Source: a virus. Taken from it: a stretch of 64,000 nucleotides of DNA. Under the pieces are notes generated by a model, which had not been told where the DNA came from, searched no databases, and saw only the letters and a list, made by a program, of their open reading frames with translations. The stretch's first letter is position 1, and every line of letters begins with the position of its first letter. The DNA lies in the UHGV virus genome UHGV-1488776; one strand, 5' to 3'. This document shows positions 1 to 12,551 of this stretch, one piece after another. Made by a program: the position numbers and the translations under genes.

Positions 1-2
1 AG

Positions 3-530
3 GCGATCTACGACGGTTCAACTAAACGTATCTATATCAATGCCAGCGCGCGGCAGGCAGAGGATATGCTCGCGCTTATGCGTAAGTCTCTGGGTTCTCT
101 TCCTGTTGTTCCCCTGAGTGTTGAAAATCCCATTGAATTAACGCTGACCGACTGGGTACGTGATGGTAGTGCTCCACAGGGATTTCAAATGGGGGATGCG
201 GCAGAACTTAAGGCAGTGCTTGAGGATGGCGGTATTGCCCGAGTGAAAAAGCAGGATTTGGGAAGCGATGAAATTTCCACACACCTGGAAGCTGGCAAGC
301 TCGTTACTAAGTTGGCACTCGACTGGCAGAACCGCATTAAATTTACACTGGACCATAACTTCAGCCTTACCAGCGTCAAATTTGCGGATGAATTGCTTGA
401 GCAGAACTCTGATATTGATAGTGAAGATGTTGCGCAGCGACTGGACGCAGATTTCTTCCTGTTGACCAGTGAAATTTCGTGCCTGGTTGATGCTCTGGTA
501 AATGCCCTTGGTGGAGAGGCTAAGCAGTGA
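3..530 (+). CDS. hypothetical protein, 5'-truncated at window edge
   Basis: Frame open from nt 3 to stop at 528-530; 4-nt overlap with downstream dmt start; no recognisable motif. Confidence 0.4.
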   Translation, partial: AIYDGSTKRIYINASARQAEDMLALMRKSLGSLPVVPLSVENPIELTLTDWVRDGSAPQGFQMGDAAELKAVLEDGGIARVKKQDLGSDEISTHLEAGKLVTKLALDWQNRIKFTLDHNFSLTSVKFADELLEQNSDIDSEDVAQRLDADFFLLTSEISCLVDALVNALGGEAKQ

Positions 531-2950
531 AAGAGCTGTGCTATGGATCTGTTTGCAGTGGAATTGAAGCCGCGAGTATTGCCTGGGAACCGTTGGGTAT
601 GCGTCCGGCGTGGTTTGCTGAAATCGAGCCTTTTCCATCTGCCGTTCTTGCGCACCGCTGGCCCCATGTCGCCAACCTTGGCGACATGACAAAACTTGCC
701 AAAAAAGTCCTGGCTGGGGAAATCGAATCCCCTGATGTGCTCGTCGGGGGTACGCCTTGTCAGGCATTCAGTATCGCGGGCTTACGTGGTGGGCTTGATG
801 ATGAACGCGGCGCGCTAACTTTGAAGTATGTGGAGCTTGCAAATGCAATTGACGACAAACGGTCTGAGTCCTTCCTCAAACCGACAGTTATCGTCTGGGA
901 AAATGTCCCAGGAGTCCTGTCATCGGCAGATAACGCCTTCGGATGTTTCCTTGCCGGATTGGCTGGAGAAGATGCGCCATTTGAACCAGGTGATCGACCT
1001 GAATCAGGAAAAAGTAACGCGTTCTGGCGGTGGGATGGCAAAACCGGTTGCCATGCTCCAAAGTGGCCGCAGTGTGGTTGTATTTATGGACCGCAGCGAA
1101 AGGTGGCCTGGAGAATCCTTGATGCCCAATACTTCGGAGTGGCACAACGACGCCGACGCGTGTTTGTTGTCGCAAGTGCTCGAACAGACCTCGATCCCGC
1201 AACGGTACTTTTTGAGTTCGAAGGCGTGCGCCGGGATATTGCGCCGAGCAGAGGCGAGGGGAAGGAAGTTGCCGGAAATGTTGGAAATGGCATTAAAAGC
1301 GGGAGCCATTGGGATAACCCTGTAAATCCTCACCCGACACTTAACCAGTCACACAATACTGGTGGGATTGGTGCAAGTAACCAAGAGATTTTTGCGCAGC
1401 GAGGCAGCGGACTTGTGTATTGCATGGCGCATGGGCAAGGGGGGGCAGAAATAAAAAATGATGGGACATCACCTACTCTTACTTGTAATCATGAAGCTCC
1501 AATTGTGTTTTCTTGCAAGAAAGCTATTGCGTTTACAAGCAAAAATTATGGGCAGGATGCGGGTGTTGAGATTTCCCCAACTTTACGAGCTGGTAACTCT
1601 GCTAATAGCAATCAAAACGCGGGATGCCCACCAGCTGTTGCGTATTCGCTACAACATGCACAAATTGGGCGAAAAGATGATGCTGGACCGCAGGGTAAAG
1701 GGTGGCAAAAAGAGATAAGTTTTACTCTTGATTCCCGCGCAACAGCTGACGCCGTTGCGTTATCTTTTTGGGGGCAGGAAAGTATTGAAAAAGGCGAATT
1801 AGGTGAGAATGGTTACTTACCTCATATGATGAGCGTTCGCCGTCTGACTCCTGTCGAATGTGAAAGGCTGCAAGGTTTTCCTGATGGACATACGTTGATT
1901 CCAACGGGAAAGCGTAAGAAAGTTACTTCAGATGAACTTATATACCTTCGCAATCACGATCCTGATTTAAGTGAAGAAGAGGCCGCCATGCTTGCAGCTG
2001 ACGGACCTCGTTACAAAGCGATCGGCAATAGTATGGCGATACCAGTAATGCGCTGGATTGGCGAGCGGATTACCAAGGCTGCATGTCGGCAGAAAGAAGG
2101 AAGTGAAACAAAAGAGCGAAAAGTTAAACCAGCGGCAGAATTCGAACGGTCCATATTCAAATGGGCTGGTGGAAAATTTGGTGTTCTGGAACAAATCTTT
2201 CGCTATTTGCCAGAAGGGAAGCGCCTGATTGAACCTTTCGTTGGTGGCGGAGCTGTCTTCATGAATGCCGGATACCAGGAAAATCTGCTAAATGATGTGA
2301 ATGCTGACCTGATTAACTTTTACAAGACTCTGCAACGCGAGGCGCATTCACTTATCACTCTGGCACATCGTTTCTTCCAGGACTACAACACGCAGGAAGG
2401 ATACCTGGCAGTACGGAATGCGTTTAACAAACAAGTCTATGATGATTTACATCGCGCAGCGGCGTTTTTGTTCCTGAACCGACATTGTTTTAACGGATTG
2501 ACGCGTTACAACCAAGCCGGTGAGTTCAATGTCGGTTATGGGAAGTATAAAACTCCGTATTTCCCATTGCAGGAGATGGAAGCCTTCCTTGGTGCGGAAG
2601 GGCGTTCTGAGTTTGTATGTGGTGATTTTGCTGCGGTGATTGAAGCTGCCGGAGAAGGAGATGTCATCTTTTGCGATCCGCCGTATGAACCGCTCCCAAA
2701 TACAGAGGGATTCACGAACTATTCCGGTCATGACTTTAAGTTTGAAGAGCAAAAACGCCTGGTGTCTCTGTTGACGGATGCTCATCGCCGAGGTGCAAAG
2801 GTTCTCATTACTAACAGTGGCGCGCCAAACATCAGAGAACTTTATCAGGACAGTGGCTTCAGAGTGGAACCTCTTTTTGCCAGACGTTCTGTGTCTTGTA
2901 AGGGGGGCTCTCGAGGTGTTGCTCATGACGTTATAGCAATATTGCTCTAA
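527..2950 (+). CDS. dmt: bifunctional DNA methyltransferase (N-terminal C5-cytosine MTase, C-terminal Dam-like N6-adenine MTase)
   Basis: 807 aa; N-terminal GTPCQAFS (PCQ motif) and WENVPG (ENV motif); C-terminal FKWAGGK and DPPYEP Dam motifs; position upstream of tRNAs and ban as in P1. Confidence 0.85.
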   Translation: MKELCYGSVCSGIEAASIAWEPLGMRPAWFAEIEPFPSAVLAHRWPHVANLGDMTKLAKKVLAGEIESPDVLVGGTPCQAFSIAGLRGGLDDERGALTLKYVELANAIDDKRSESFLKPTVIVWENVPGVLSSADNAFGCFLAGLAGEDAPFEPGDRPESGKSNAFWRWDGKTGCHAPKWPQCGCIYGPQRKVAWRILDAQYFGVAQRRRRVFVVASARTDLDPATVLFEFEGVRRDIAPSRGEGKEVAGNVGNGIKSGSHWDNPVNPHPTLNQSHNTGGIGASNQEIFAQRGSGLVYCMAHGQGGAEIKNDGTSPTLTCNHEAPIVFSCKKAIAFTSKNYGQDAGVEISPTLRAGNSANSNQNAGCPPAVAYSLQHAQIGRKDDAGPQGKGWQKEISFTLDSRATADAVALSFWGQESIEKGELGENGYLPHMMSVRRLTPVECERLQGFPDGHTLIPTGKRKKVTSDELIYLRNHDPDLSEEEAAMLAADGPRYKAIGNSMAIPVMRWIGERITKAACRQKEGSETKERKVKPAAEFERSIFKWAGGKFGVLEQIFRYLPEGKRLIEPFVGGGAVFMNAGYQENLLNDVNADLINFYKTLQREAHSLITLAHRFFQDYNTQEGYLAVRNAFNKQVYDDLHRAAAFLFLNRHCFNGLTRYNQAGEFNVGYGKYKTPYFPLQEMEAFLGAEGRSEFVCGDFAAVIEAAGEGDVIFCDPPYEPLPNTEGFTNYSGHDFKFEEQKRLVSLLTDAHRRGAKVLITNSGAPNIRELYQDSGFRVEPLFARRSVSCKGGSRGVAHDVIAILL

Positions 2951-2957
2951 TAAATTT
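2941..2957. promoter_or_regulatory. C1 repressor operator, 17/17 match to ATTGCTCTAATAAATTT, with overlapping inverted partial site to 2968
   Basis: Exact consensus 17-mer overlapping the dmt stop codon; likely the operator of the tRNA-ban operon (Op72-like). Confidence 0.7.
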
Positions 2958-3134
2958 ATTAGTGTAATATCGCCTCAATGAATCGTGATTTATAGAGCGA
3001 TTTAGCTGTTAGCCGCGACAGGCGCGGCGGCAAGTATGGCGGGGTAGTGACTCCTTCCCCATCATGACGCCGAGTTGCCAGGTTGACCATACGCCTAAGT
3101 GGCAACACCGAAGTGCGTTACGAGCTTCCAGTTT

Positions 3135-3160
3135 GCCCATCTTCGGGTGGGCGTTTTTTT
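3135..3160 (+). terminator. rho-independent terminator-like hairpin
   Basis: GCCCAT-cttcgg-GTGGGC stem-loop followed by GTTTTTTT. Confidence 0.5.
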
Positions 3161-3342
3161 CAGGGTTTTCGTCATGGTTAGCGACTTTGCGGCGGTTTAG
3201 AAACTGACCATTAAAGTAAATGCAAACGATGATCTGATGATGGTAGCGGCCTAAGAAGCCAGACGCCACGGGGTATGAGTCGTCCCCCGTCAAAAAATCG
3301 ACCGCAGAGTGTCCCCGTCTGTGTATTAGGGAACGGGGAGGC

Positions 3343-3417
3343 ACAACAGGTAAGGGCGCTGGTGTGATTAACCAGATGAACGAGAAGGGGCCATCTGTTG
3401 GTCAGCGTCCTTTCCTG
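3343..3417. repeat. long imperfect hairpin repeat, unit 0 (AACAGGTAAGGG ... CCTTTCCTGTTG)
   Basis: 5' arm cacaacaggtaagggcgctg and 3' arm cagcgtcctttcctgttg are near-complementary; same arm sequence as units downstream of the tRNAs. Confidence 0.5.
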
Positions 3418-3625
3418 TTGCGTCTTCTTTTCAGCGTAACAGCGGTGCTTAACAGCACTTTGGGTACAGTTCCACGAATTTACGGGTATATCCCGTCATG
3501 CTGAAGGCGCTAATCACGCTGGAAGCCAGGGTTGTGCATCCCCTGTTACCGAATTGCAGCCAGGGCGCGGTGCGCCGAAAAGCATACGGAGGTGGAAGCC
3601 CTCGCCGGAGACGTACCCGGCAAGT

Positions 3626-3701
3626 GATGGTGTAGCTCAGCGGTTAGAGCGGTTGACTGTTAATCAACGGGTCGATGGTTCAAATCCATCCACCATCGCC
3701 A
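3626..3701 (+). tRNA. trnA: tRNA-Asn (anticodon GTT)
   Basis: Hand-folded cloverleaf: acceptor GATGGTG/CACCATC, D-arm GCTC/GAGC, anticodon loop CTGTTAA, T-loop TTCAAAT, 3' CCA encoded. Confidence 0.85.
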
Positions 3702-3703
3702 AT

Positions 3704-3779
3704 GCCGGTTTAGCTCAGTTGGTAGAGCGCCTGCCTTGTAAGCAGGATGTCAGCGGTTCGAGTCCGTTAATCGGCACCA
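3704..3779 (+). tRNA. trnT: tRNA-Thr (anticodon TGT)
   Basis: Hand-folded cloverleaf: acceptor GCCGGTT/AATCGGC, anticodon loop CTTGTAA, T-loop TTCGAGT, CCA encoded; 2 nt after tRNA-Asn. Confidence 0.85.
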
Positions 3780-3781
3780 GC

Positions 3782-3890
3782 ACAACAGGTAAGGGTATTT
3801 TGCGACGTCGGAGATCGCCGAGCTTGGCAGAGGGTTCGAATCCCTACGAAGTACCCTTACCGTTGTGATGAATGCGCAGGCTGATGCGCG
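3782..3890. repeat. long hairpin repeat unit A with GTGATGAATGC tail; loop holds a T-arm-like GGTTCGAATCC
   Basis: Arms acaacaggtaagggta / tacccttaccgttgtg, then gtgatgaatgcgcaggctgatgcgcg. Confidence 0.5.
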
Positions 3891-3992
3891 AAAGACATTG
3901 CAGCTATTGCGGAAAAGAGCTGTTCGGCGGGGCAATTAAACGCCCGTGAGAGTCTGAAATAACCGCAAGCCGGAGATCAGCACCGGTCATCA

Positions 3993-4072
3993 CAACACAA
4001 CAGGTAAGGGCATTCTCCCTTATGGGGCTTGGCTTAAATGCATCGAGTGCTCTTACCGTTGTGATGAAGTGC
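3993..4072. repeat. long hairpin repeat unit B
   Basis: Arms caacaggtaagggcattctc / gagtgctcttaccgttgtg, then gtgatgaagtgc. Confidence 0.45.
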
Positions 4073-4203
4073 AGCTCTTTGAAGCAACCAGAAGATAAGC
4101 ATCTGGCTTCACAACATAAACCGCAGGAACGACCAATAAACGGTAGTCCGTATGGAGAACACCCCGTTGAGGAAGAGGCCTGGCCGGAACCGTAACCGGC
4201 ACT

Positions 4204-4320
4204 ACAACGTTGAGAACACTGGCGTAACGGGGTCATATCCCAATCTACGAATAAATGTTGCGTTGCAGCGTGACAACCAGTGTTCTCAACATTGTGGTGA
4301 ATGCACAGGCTGATGTGCCG
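4204..4320. repeat. long hairpin repeat unit C (about 18-bp stem)
   Basis: Arms caacgttgagaacactgg / ccagtgttctcaacattg (17/18 complementary); loop contains taacggggtcatatcccaatctac; tail gtggtgaatgcacaggctgatgtgccgc. Confidence 0.5.
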
Positions 4321-4482
4321 CAACTACAGTAGTGCGCGCTTTGCGGGGCTTGCTACAACCCTGTGTCGGAGTTCAGCACCGACCATCACAGTTTGATTCT
4401 CTGGCATGAGCATAACGCTGAAATAAGTCCAGCCTGGTGCGGCCCGATCACCCGCCGTTAGCTCCACGAAACGGAGCACGTA

Positions 4483-4584
4483 ACAGGTAAGAGCATTCTC
4501 CTGTAACGGGTTCATATCCCAATCTACAGGTCCACCAAGAATGCTCTTTCCGTTGCGGTGAATGCGGCTAAGCGCACGCGGGGA
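4483..4584. repeat. long hairpin repeat unit D
   Basis: Arms aacaggtaagagcattct / agaatgctctttccgttg; loop shares taacgggttcatatcccaatctac with unit C; tail gcggtgaatgcggctaagcgcacg. Confidence 0.5.
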
Positions 4585-4707
4585 AATGGTTATATCAGTC
4601 CATTCATTTCTCCTTGTTTCCCCGTCCACGGTGGATAACCAGCCAAAGGACACCGGGAGGCACCCGGCACCGCAACCTTATTTCCCAACCAGTAATGAGG
4701 TTAATAA

Positions 4708-5133
4708 ATGCTCGGTATTCTCAAAAAGAAATTCCGCAAAGCGGCTGGCGGAGTCAAGAAGATGGAAAACCGTGATGCGGTGGAAGCGACTGTCTGGGGC
4801 GCATATTCCATTGCATACTCTGACGGCACCTGCGATGCGAAAGAAATTGCAGTATTGGAAAAAACCATTGCAGCACTTCCTGCCTTTGCGCCGTTCTCCG
4901 GTGAAATTGCCCAGATGAGCGCCAATATTCGCGCTCAATATGAAGCCTCGCCGCGCCGAGCGAATGCCCAGGCTTTACGTGAACTGGCTGACGTGTCTGG
5001 AACTAATGATGCGGTAGATGTTCTGTGCCTATGCATTGATATTGCTGACCAGGATGGCATTGGGGCAGAAGAGCAGGAGCAATTGAAGAAAATTGCCCAG
5101 GCTCTTCAATTGCCACTGGAACAGTATATCTGA
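4708..5133 (+). CDS. tciA: TerB-like (tellurite-resistance family) protein
   Basis: 141 aa, acidic, TerB-like composition; position between tRNA genes upstream of ban matches P1 tciA; true start may be internal. Confidence 0.55.
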   Translation: MLGILKKKFRKAAGGVKKMENRDAVEATVWGAYSIAYSDGTCDAKEIAVLEKTIAALPAFAPFSGEIAQMSANIRAQYEASPRRANAQALRELADVSGTNDAVDVLCLCIDIADQDGIGAEEQEQLKKIAQALQLPLEQYI

Positions 5134-5297
5134 TGGTTATAAAAGCACGTCTAATTCTGGCTTTGGTTTTTCTCGTGCTATCTGTGCTGGTGGATTTCAC
5201 CAGCACAATCCTGTCGGTTTTATCCGACGGGGCGTTGGTAGCAGTAGCTGTAACATTGGTATGGCCGATATTTAAACCAGCCTCGAAGGATCAGTGA
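5133..5297 (+). CDS. small membrane protein (54 aa)
   Basis: ATG overlaps tciA stop (ATGA); hydrophobic MVIKARLILALVFLVLSVLV...; positionally P1 tciB-like. Confidence 0.4.
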   Translation: MVIKARLILALVFLVLSVLVDFTSTILSVLSDGALVAVAVTLVWPIFKPASKDQ

Positions 5298-5404
5298 TGA
5301 GCTTCTGGGATTTTGCAGATAAGTATCCAATTGTTCTCATTATCATTGTTGCCATAGTTGTAGGCGGTATTGTTAGCGCCATTGAAGCACTTAGGAAACA
5401 GTAA
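5297..5404 (+). CDS. small membrane protein (35 aa)
   Basis: ATG overlaps upstream stop; MSFWDFADKYPIVLIIIVAIVVGGIVSAIEALRKQ; positionally P1 tciC-like. Confidence 0.35.
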   Translation: MSFWDFADKYPIVLIIIVAIVVGGIVSAIEALRKQ

Positions 5405-5407
5405 TCC

Positions 5408-5483
5408 GGCCCTTTAGCTCAGTGGTTAGAGCTGGCGACTCATAATCGCACGGTCACCGGTTCAAGTCCGGTAGGGGCCACCA
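5408..5483 (+). tRNA. trnI: tRNA-Ile (anticodon CAT, ileX/lysidine type)
   Basis: Hand-folded cloverleaf: acceptor GGCCCTT/AGGGGCC, anticodon loop CTCATAA, T-loop TTCAAGT, CCA encoded; body resembles E. coli ileX rather than Met tRNAs. Confidence 0.75.
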
Positions 5484-5768
5484 TATTTGGTTGTAACACG
5501 GCGTCTGGCACATGCGTCGTTAGCGGTCTGGTGACGTTAAAGGGGTTACCTTTTCCCCTAGCTCAGGCAACAAACCAGGTAGCCGAAATGTGCAAGTCAC
5601 CGTTGGAGGGATAGCGGATACAGGGACTCACCATCCTGGCGATTCGGTGTGACAGCCGGGAAGAGTCCGGCGCATTAATCCTGATTTTCTGGTGATGACT
5701 CATATCGTTAGGAGTGATTTGAGTATGCCGATTATATCTGACATTCAGCACGCCTGGGTGGAGTGCTA

Positions 5769-7133
5769 ATGTCTGCATCCCCTCTTGAATCCATGCCAAA
5801 TTCCCTTAGTGCAGAACAAGCTGTACTTGGTGGCTTAATGCTTGATAACTGCCGCTGGGATGAAGTTGCAGATCGTATAGTTGCTGATGATTTTTATACC
5901 AGTGCTCATCGTGAAATTTTCAGTGAGATGGAGAGGTTATTAAGTCATGGCAAACCGATTGATTTGATAACACTTGCTGAAGCACTTGAACAGAACGGTA
6001 AATTAGAACGCGCCGGTGGTTTTGCGTACCTTGCGGAGATGTCAAAGAACACGCCCAGCGCGGCAAATATTTGTGCTTATGCGGATATCGTTCGTGAACG
6101 CGCGGTTGTTCGTGAAATGATTTCCGTCGCAAATGAAATAGCTGAAGCTGGATATGCGCAGGATGGCCGGGGCAGCAATGAATTGCTGGATATGGCCGAA
6201 CGCCGCGTTTTTGAAATAGCTGAAAAACGACAAAAGAGCGGTAGTGGTCCAAAAGATATCGCCAGCATTCTCGATGCAACGGTATCTCGCATAGAAGAGT
6301 TGTTTCAGCGACCGCATGATGGTGTAACGGGACTTGATACCGGATTTACCGATCTCAATAAGAAGACGGCAGGGCTTCAGTCGTCCGATCTCATCATTGT
6401 CGCCGCCCGCCCATCTATGGGGAAGACCACGTTTGCGATGAATCTCGTCGAAAATGCCGCAGTTCGTAACGATAAGCCCGTATTGGTTTTTAGCCTTGAG
6501 ATGCCGAGCCACCAGCTGATGATGCGCTCACTGGCTTCTCTTGCACGCGTTGATCAGACTCGTATTCGGACAGGGCAACTTAACGACGAGGATTGGGCGC
6601 GGGTTTCTGGCGCAATGGGTATTCTGTTGGACAAGCAGAATATTTTTATTGATGACTCAAGCGCCCTGACACCTACAGAGCTTCGTTCCCGCGCTCGTCG
6701 TGTTTATAAAGAAAATGGTGGTTTGAGCATGATTATGATCGACTACCTGCAACTTATGCGCGTCCCCGAGCTGCAAGATAACCGAACGCTGGAAATTGCC
6801 GAGATTTCTCGCTCACTGAAGGCGTTGGCGAAGGAATTACAAGTACCGGTGGTGGCATTGTCACAACTTAATCGATCGCTTGAACAGCGTGCGGACAAAC
6901 GACCGGTAAATTCAGATTTACGTGAATCAGGAGCAATTGAGCAGGACGCAGACCTGATCATGTTTCTGTATCGCGACGAAGTTTATCACCCGGATAGCGA
7001 AATGAAGGGCATTGCCGAGGTAATTATCGGAAAGCAACGAAATGGCCCAATTGGCACGGTGAGATTGGCTTTTAACGGCCAATACTCACGGTTTGATAAC
7101 TATGCTGGTGCTGACTGGCAAGAGGATTATTAA
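5769..7133 (+). CDS. ban: replicative DNA helicase, DnaB family
   Basis: DnaB N-terminal domain (AVLGGLMLDN) and RecA-like core with Walker A RPSMGKTTFAMN; 454 aa from the ATG at 5769. Confidence 0.9.
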   Translation: MSASPLESMPNSLSAEQAVLGGLMLDNCRWDEVADRIVADDFYTSAHREIFSEMERLLSHGKPIDLITLAEALEQNGKLERAGGFAYLAEMSKNTPSAANICAYADIVRERAVVREMISVANEIAEAGYAQDGRGSNELLDMAERRVFEIAEKRQKSGSGPKDIASILDATVSRIEELFQRPHDGVTGLDTGFTDLNKKTAGLQSSDLIIVAARPSMGKTTFAMNLVENAAVRNDKPVLVFSLEMPSHQLMMRSLASLARVDQTRIRTGQLNDEDWARVSGAMGILLDKQNIFIDDSSALTPTELRSRARRVYKENGGLSMIMIDYLQLMRVPELQDNRTLEIAEISRSLKALAKELQVPVVALSQLNRSLEQRADKRPVNSDLRESGAIEQDADLIMFLYRDEVYHPDSEMKGIAEVIIGKQRNGPIGTVRLAFNGQYSRFDNYAGADWQEDY

Positions 7134-8131
7134 TGCAATGGAATGAGGAAAAGCCGATGAACATCCTGATCATTGGGCGAAAATTTGAAGCTATCAGTGA
7201 TGTGAAAACATATACGGAAATGTGGGCTTATAACCTGGCCTGCGCCTTTAGTGAGGCAGGGGTAACATTGCAATACCATCGTCCATATTCCCCTGGCGTC
7301 GAAAGCCCGGAGGATTATGTTGAAGCTGTGTTGACTGCTGCGACCGCATGTTCTGCGAAGGCCATTTTGGCACCAGGATTGAGGTATTTTACTACGGTAC
7401 CCAGGGAAATAGGCATGCAACTGTGTCGCCGATTCTCTGGATGGGTAGCCCAGGTATATGACGGTTCTATGCTGGATTCGGCACCAGTCGATATTACTTT
7501 TACTGTCCGCGATGATACCTGGCGGTACCTGGATAATCCCGGCAGGTTAGAGCGTCATAATCGTTTTAACAAACATGTTGGATGGGCAGCGAATCAGGAG
7601 CTGTTCCATCTGGAAACCAAAACAGACGATGTTCTGCGTATTTTTGTAGACCACGCTGCATTTGATGTTAGTGGTTTTGATCACTCCTTAAGTATCCTTA
7701 TGAACCTTCAGCGTCTGACCGTTCCGTATGAGGCCAGAACGTTGACTGATGACGGATTGGTTACCATTGATCCGGGGAATATTTCGGTAACTCCATACAG
7801 GCGGACGCCGGTGCCAGCAACCGAATTTGCAGCTGAATTGCGTAAGAGTGACGTTTTTATCGTTACGCATCCCGAAAGCCTTGGATTAACTGTTCTTGAG
7901 GCGGCAATGTGTGGAGCGTTGGTATTAACGCCTCCCGATTGCCTTCCGCCGGATCGCCTGGAGTTGGTGAACCATATGGTTATCAAGTCGCGGATTGATT
8001 GGGATGAGGTTATTGCTCGCGTTGATCGCGTGAAAAATGCTGAAAAGGTCCAGTGTCACACCTGGTCGGCAATTGCGGAAAAGATGCTTGAGACGTTTAT
8101 CACGCAGAAACCGTCGCGCGGTAACGGATAA
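7133..8131 (+). CDS. dbn: hypothetical protein downstream of ban
   Basis: Start overlaps ban stop (TAATG); alternative start at 7157 with GAGGAAAA SD; no recognisable motif. Confidence 0.55.
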   Translation: MQWNEEKPMNILIIGRKFEAISDVKTYTEMWAYNLACAFSEAGVTLQYHRPYSPGVESPEDYVEAVLTAATACSAKAILAPGLRYFTTVPREIGMQLCRRFSGWVAQVYDGSMLDSAPVDITFTVRDDTWRYLDNPGRLERHNRFNKHVGWAANQELFHLETKTDDVLRIFVDHAAFDVSGFDHSLSILMNLQRLTVPYEARTLTDDGLVTIDPGNISVTPYRRTPVPATEFAAELRKSDVFIVTHPESLGLTVLEAAMCGALVLTPPDCLPPDRLELVNHMVIKSRIDWDEVIARVDRVKNAEKVQCHTWSAIAEKMLETFITQKPSRGNG

Positions 8132-8157
8132 AAAATTGAACCCGTCATAACAGAAAA

Positions 8158-8176
8158 GCCCGATCGCCGGGCTTTT
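8158..8176. terminator. bidirectional rho-independent terminator
   Basis: GCCCG-atcgc-CGGGC hairpin flanked by A-run and T-run between convergent dbn and baseplate gene. Confidence 0.6.
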
Positions 8177-8177
8177 C

Positions 8178-11324
<3,147 letters not shown>

Positions 11325-12542
11325 TTATCCTTTCCGTTTACGGGCTTCGTTAATTTGTGTCTCAAGAATGCTTCGCGCCTGCGCGGTGGCAGCGGCCTTG
11401 TCCATTCCCTGACTCATGAAAAACTTTATGAGGTTGTTCGCCTGCGTTTGCAGGGCTTTTTTGAGAGCGTCGGCTTCAGCGCGAGCCTGGGCTTCCCTCA
11501 CCCGCGATGCTTTTAGTTCGGCATTCTTCCTGTTTGCCGTGGTGCGAGCTTTTTTTAACAACCGGCGAACGTTGTCCGTGGCGCTATCTTTGGCGCGTAG
11601 TTTTTTGCCTAATGCATCCTGAGATTTCAGATATAACTCATACTCACGCGCCGCTTTAGCCTGATCCGTCGTTGTTGTCCGGTTGCGCGCGAGCGATTTA
11701 GCCAGTTCGCCTTTGAAATAGGTTGTTGTCTTCCGCTTGTCATCGCCGAAGGCCACCTGTTCAGCTGCTTTTTCCAGGGCAATAATGATGGCCTTGTGCC
11801 ATGTGGGAGACTGAAAACGCGTCATAGCGTGCAAAACATGTTTGCAAGCCACACCAGTCAGATCAGGGTTGCGGATTTTAGGGAAGGCATACTCTTTTGG
11901 CGGCGTGACAGCATAGTTACCAGCCGTGGCCATATAACGATACCAGTATTGATGGCGTCCACAATCACAGTCGAAAGATACCCGGCCCTTGCAGAGATCG
12001 GCAGCGATTCGGGCTTTTTTCGCACCGTCTTCAGCAATTTCCTCAACGGCTTTATCCCATTCCTCAAATCGAATTCTGACACGGTGATGCTGGTGGACCG
12101 ACTCATCCGAGGCATTAACAGATATCAATGCAAGGTTGTGTTTTAGCCCGAGGAATGTCGCGGCTTTGATCCCTGTGCCATCAGAAACTTTGTTGTTAGC
12201 GCGTTTTATATCAATGCTGGTGGACTGCGCCACCAGCTGAGCATAGGTAATGCCGGGTACCGTGCTCTTGAATTTGGTTTTATGAGCCTGCCTTGAGGTG
12301 TTGAAACTGCGTATATCTTCGGGCGTAAAGTAGGTGCCATCTTTCTTTTTCCCAAGGCTGAGGAATGCCTCAAGTTCGCGGTTACGCATCCCCATAATCC
12401 TTGGGGTGAGTGTACGTCGCGCGTTTCGCCGATTCTGACGCTGCTGTTTACGGATAAGATCGAAGACCTTGTTAAAGTCTTTTGCACTTAATCCATCAGT
12501 CTGATAGCGACCAAGATTGTCGCGAGCATATTCAGTTGGCAT
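11325..12542 (-). CDS. hypothetical protein with Cys/His cluster and basic coiled-coil C-terminus
   Basis: 405 aa; CDCGRHQYWYRYMATAGNYAVTPPKEYAFPKIRNPDLTGVACKHVLH suggests a zinc-binding motif. Confidence 0.5.
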   Translation of the reverse strand: MPTEYARDNLGRYQTDGLSAKDFNKVFDLIRKQQRQNRRNARRTLTPRIMGMRNRELEAFLSLGKKKDGTYFTPEDIRSFNTSRQAHKTKFKSTVPGITYAQLVAQSTSIDIKRANNKVSDGTGIKAATFLGLKHNLALISVNASDESVHQHHRVRIRFEEWDKAVEEIAEDGAKKARIAADLCKGRVSFDCDCGRHQYWYRYMATAGNYAVTPPKEYAFPKIRNPDLTGVACKHVLHAMTRFQSPTWHKAIIIALEKAAEQVAFGDDKRKTTTYFKGELAKSLARNRTTTTDQAKAAREYELYLKSQDALGKKLRAKDSATDNVRRLLKKARTTANRKNAELKASRVREAQARAEADALKKALQTQANNLIKFFMSQGMDKAAATAQARSILETQINEARKRKG

Positions 12543-12551
12543 TCATTTCCC

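Noticed and set aside
3009-3344. 111-aa minus-strand ORF in the leader between dmt and the tRNA genes
   Set aside because: Antisense to a region containing a plus-strand terminator and a hairpin repeat; no RBS; composition unlike neighbouring genes.
3904-4653. Two minus-strand ORFs (139 and 109 aa) spanning the hairpin repeat units
   Set aside because: They run straight through the long inverted repeats and have no RBS; the repeats explain the open frames better than coding.
5093-5275. 60-aa ORF from the ORF track overlapping the tciA end
   Set aside because: An alternative 54-aa hydrophobic ORF in another frame (5133-5297) is translationally coupled to tciA and the next micro-ORF, which is a better explanation.
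5408-5483. Calling the CAT-anticodon tRNA a tRNA-Met
   Set aside because: The body closely resembles the E. coli ileX (lysidine) type and P1 is known to carry a tRNA-Ile; still an inference without a tRNA classifier.
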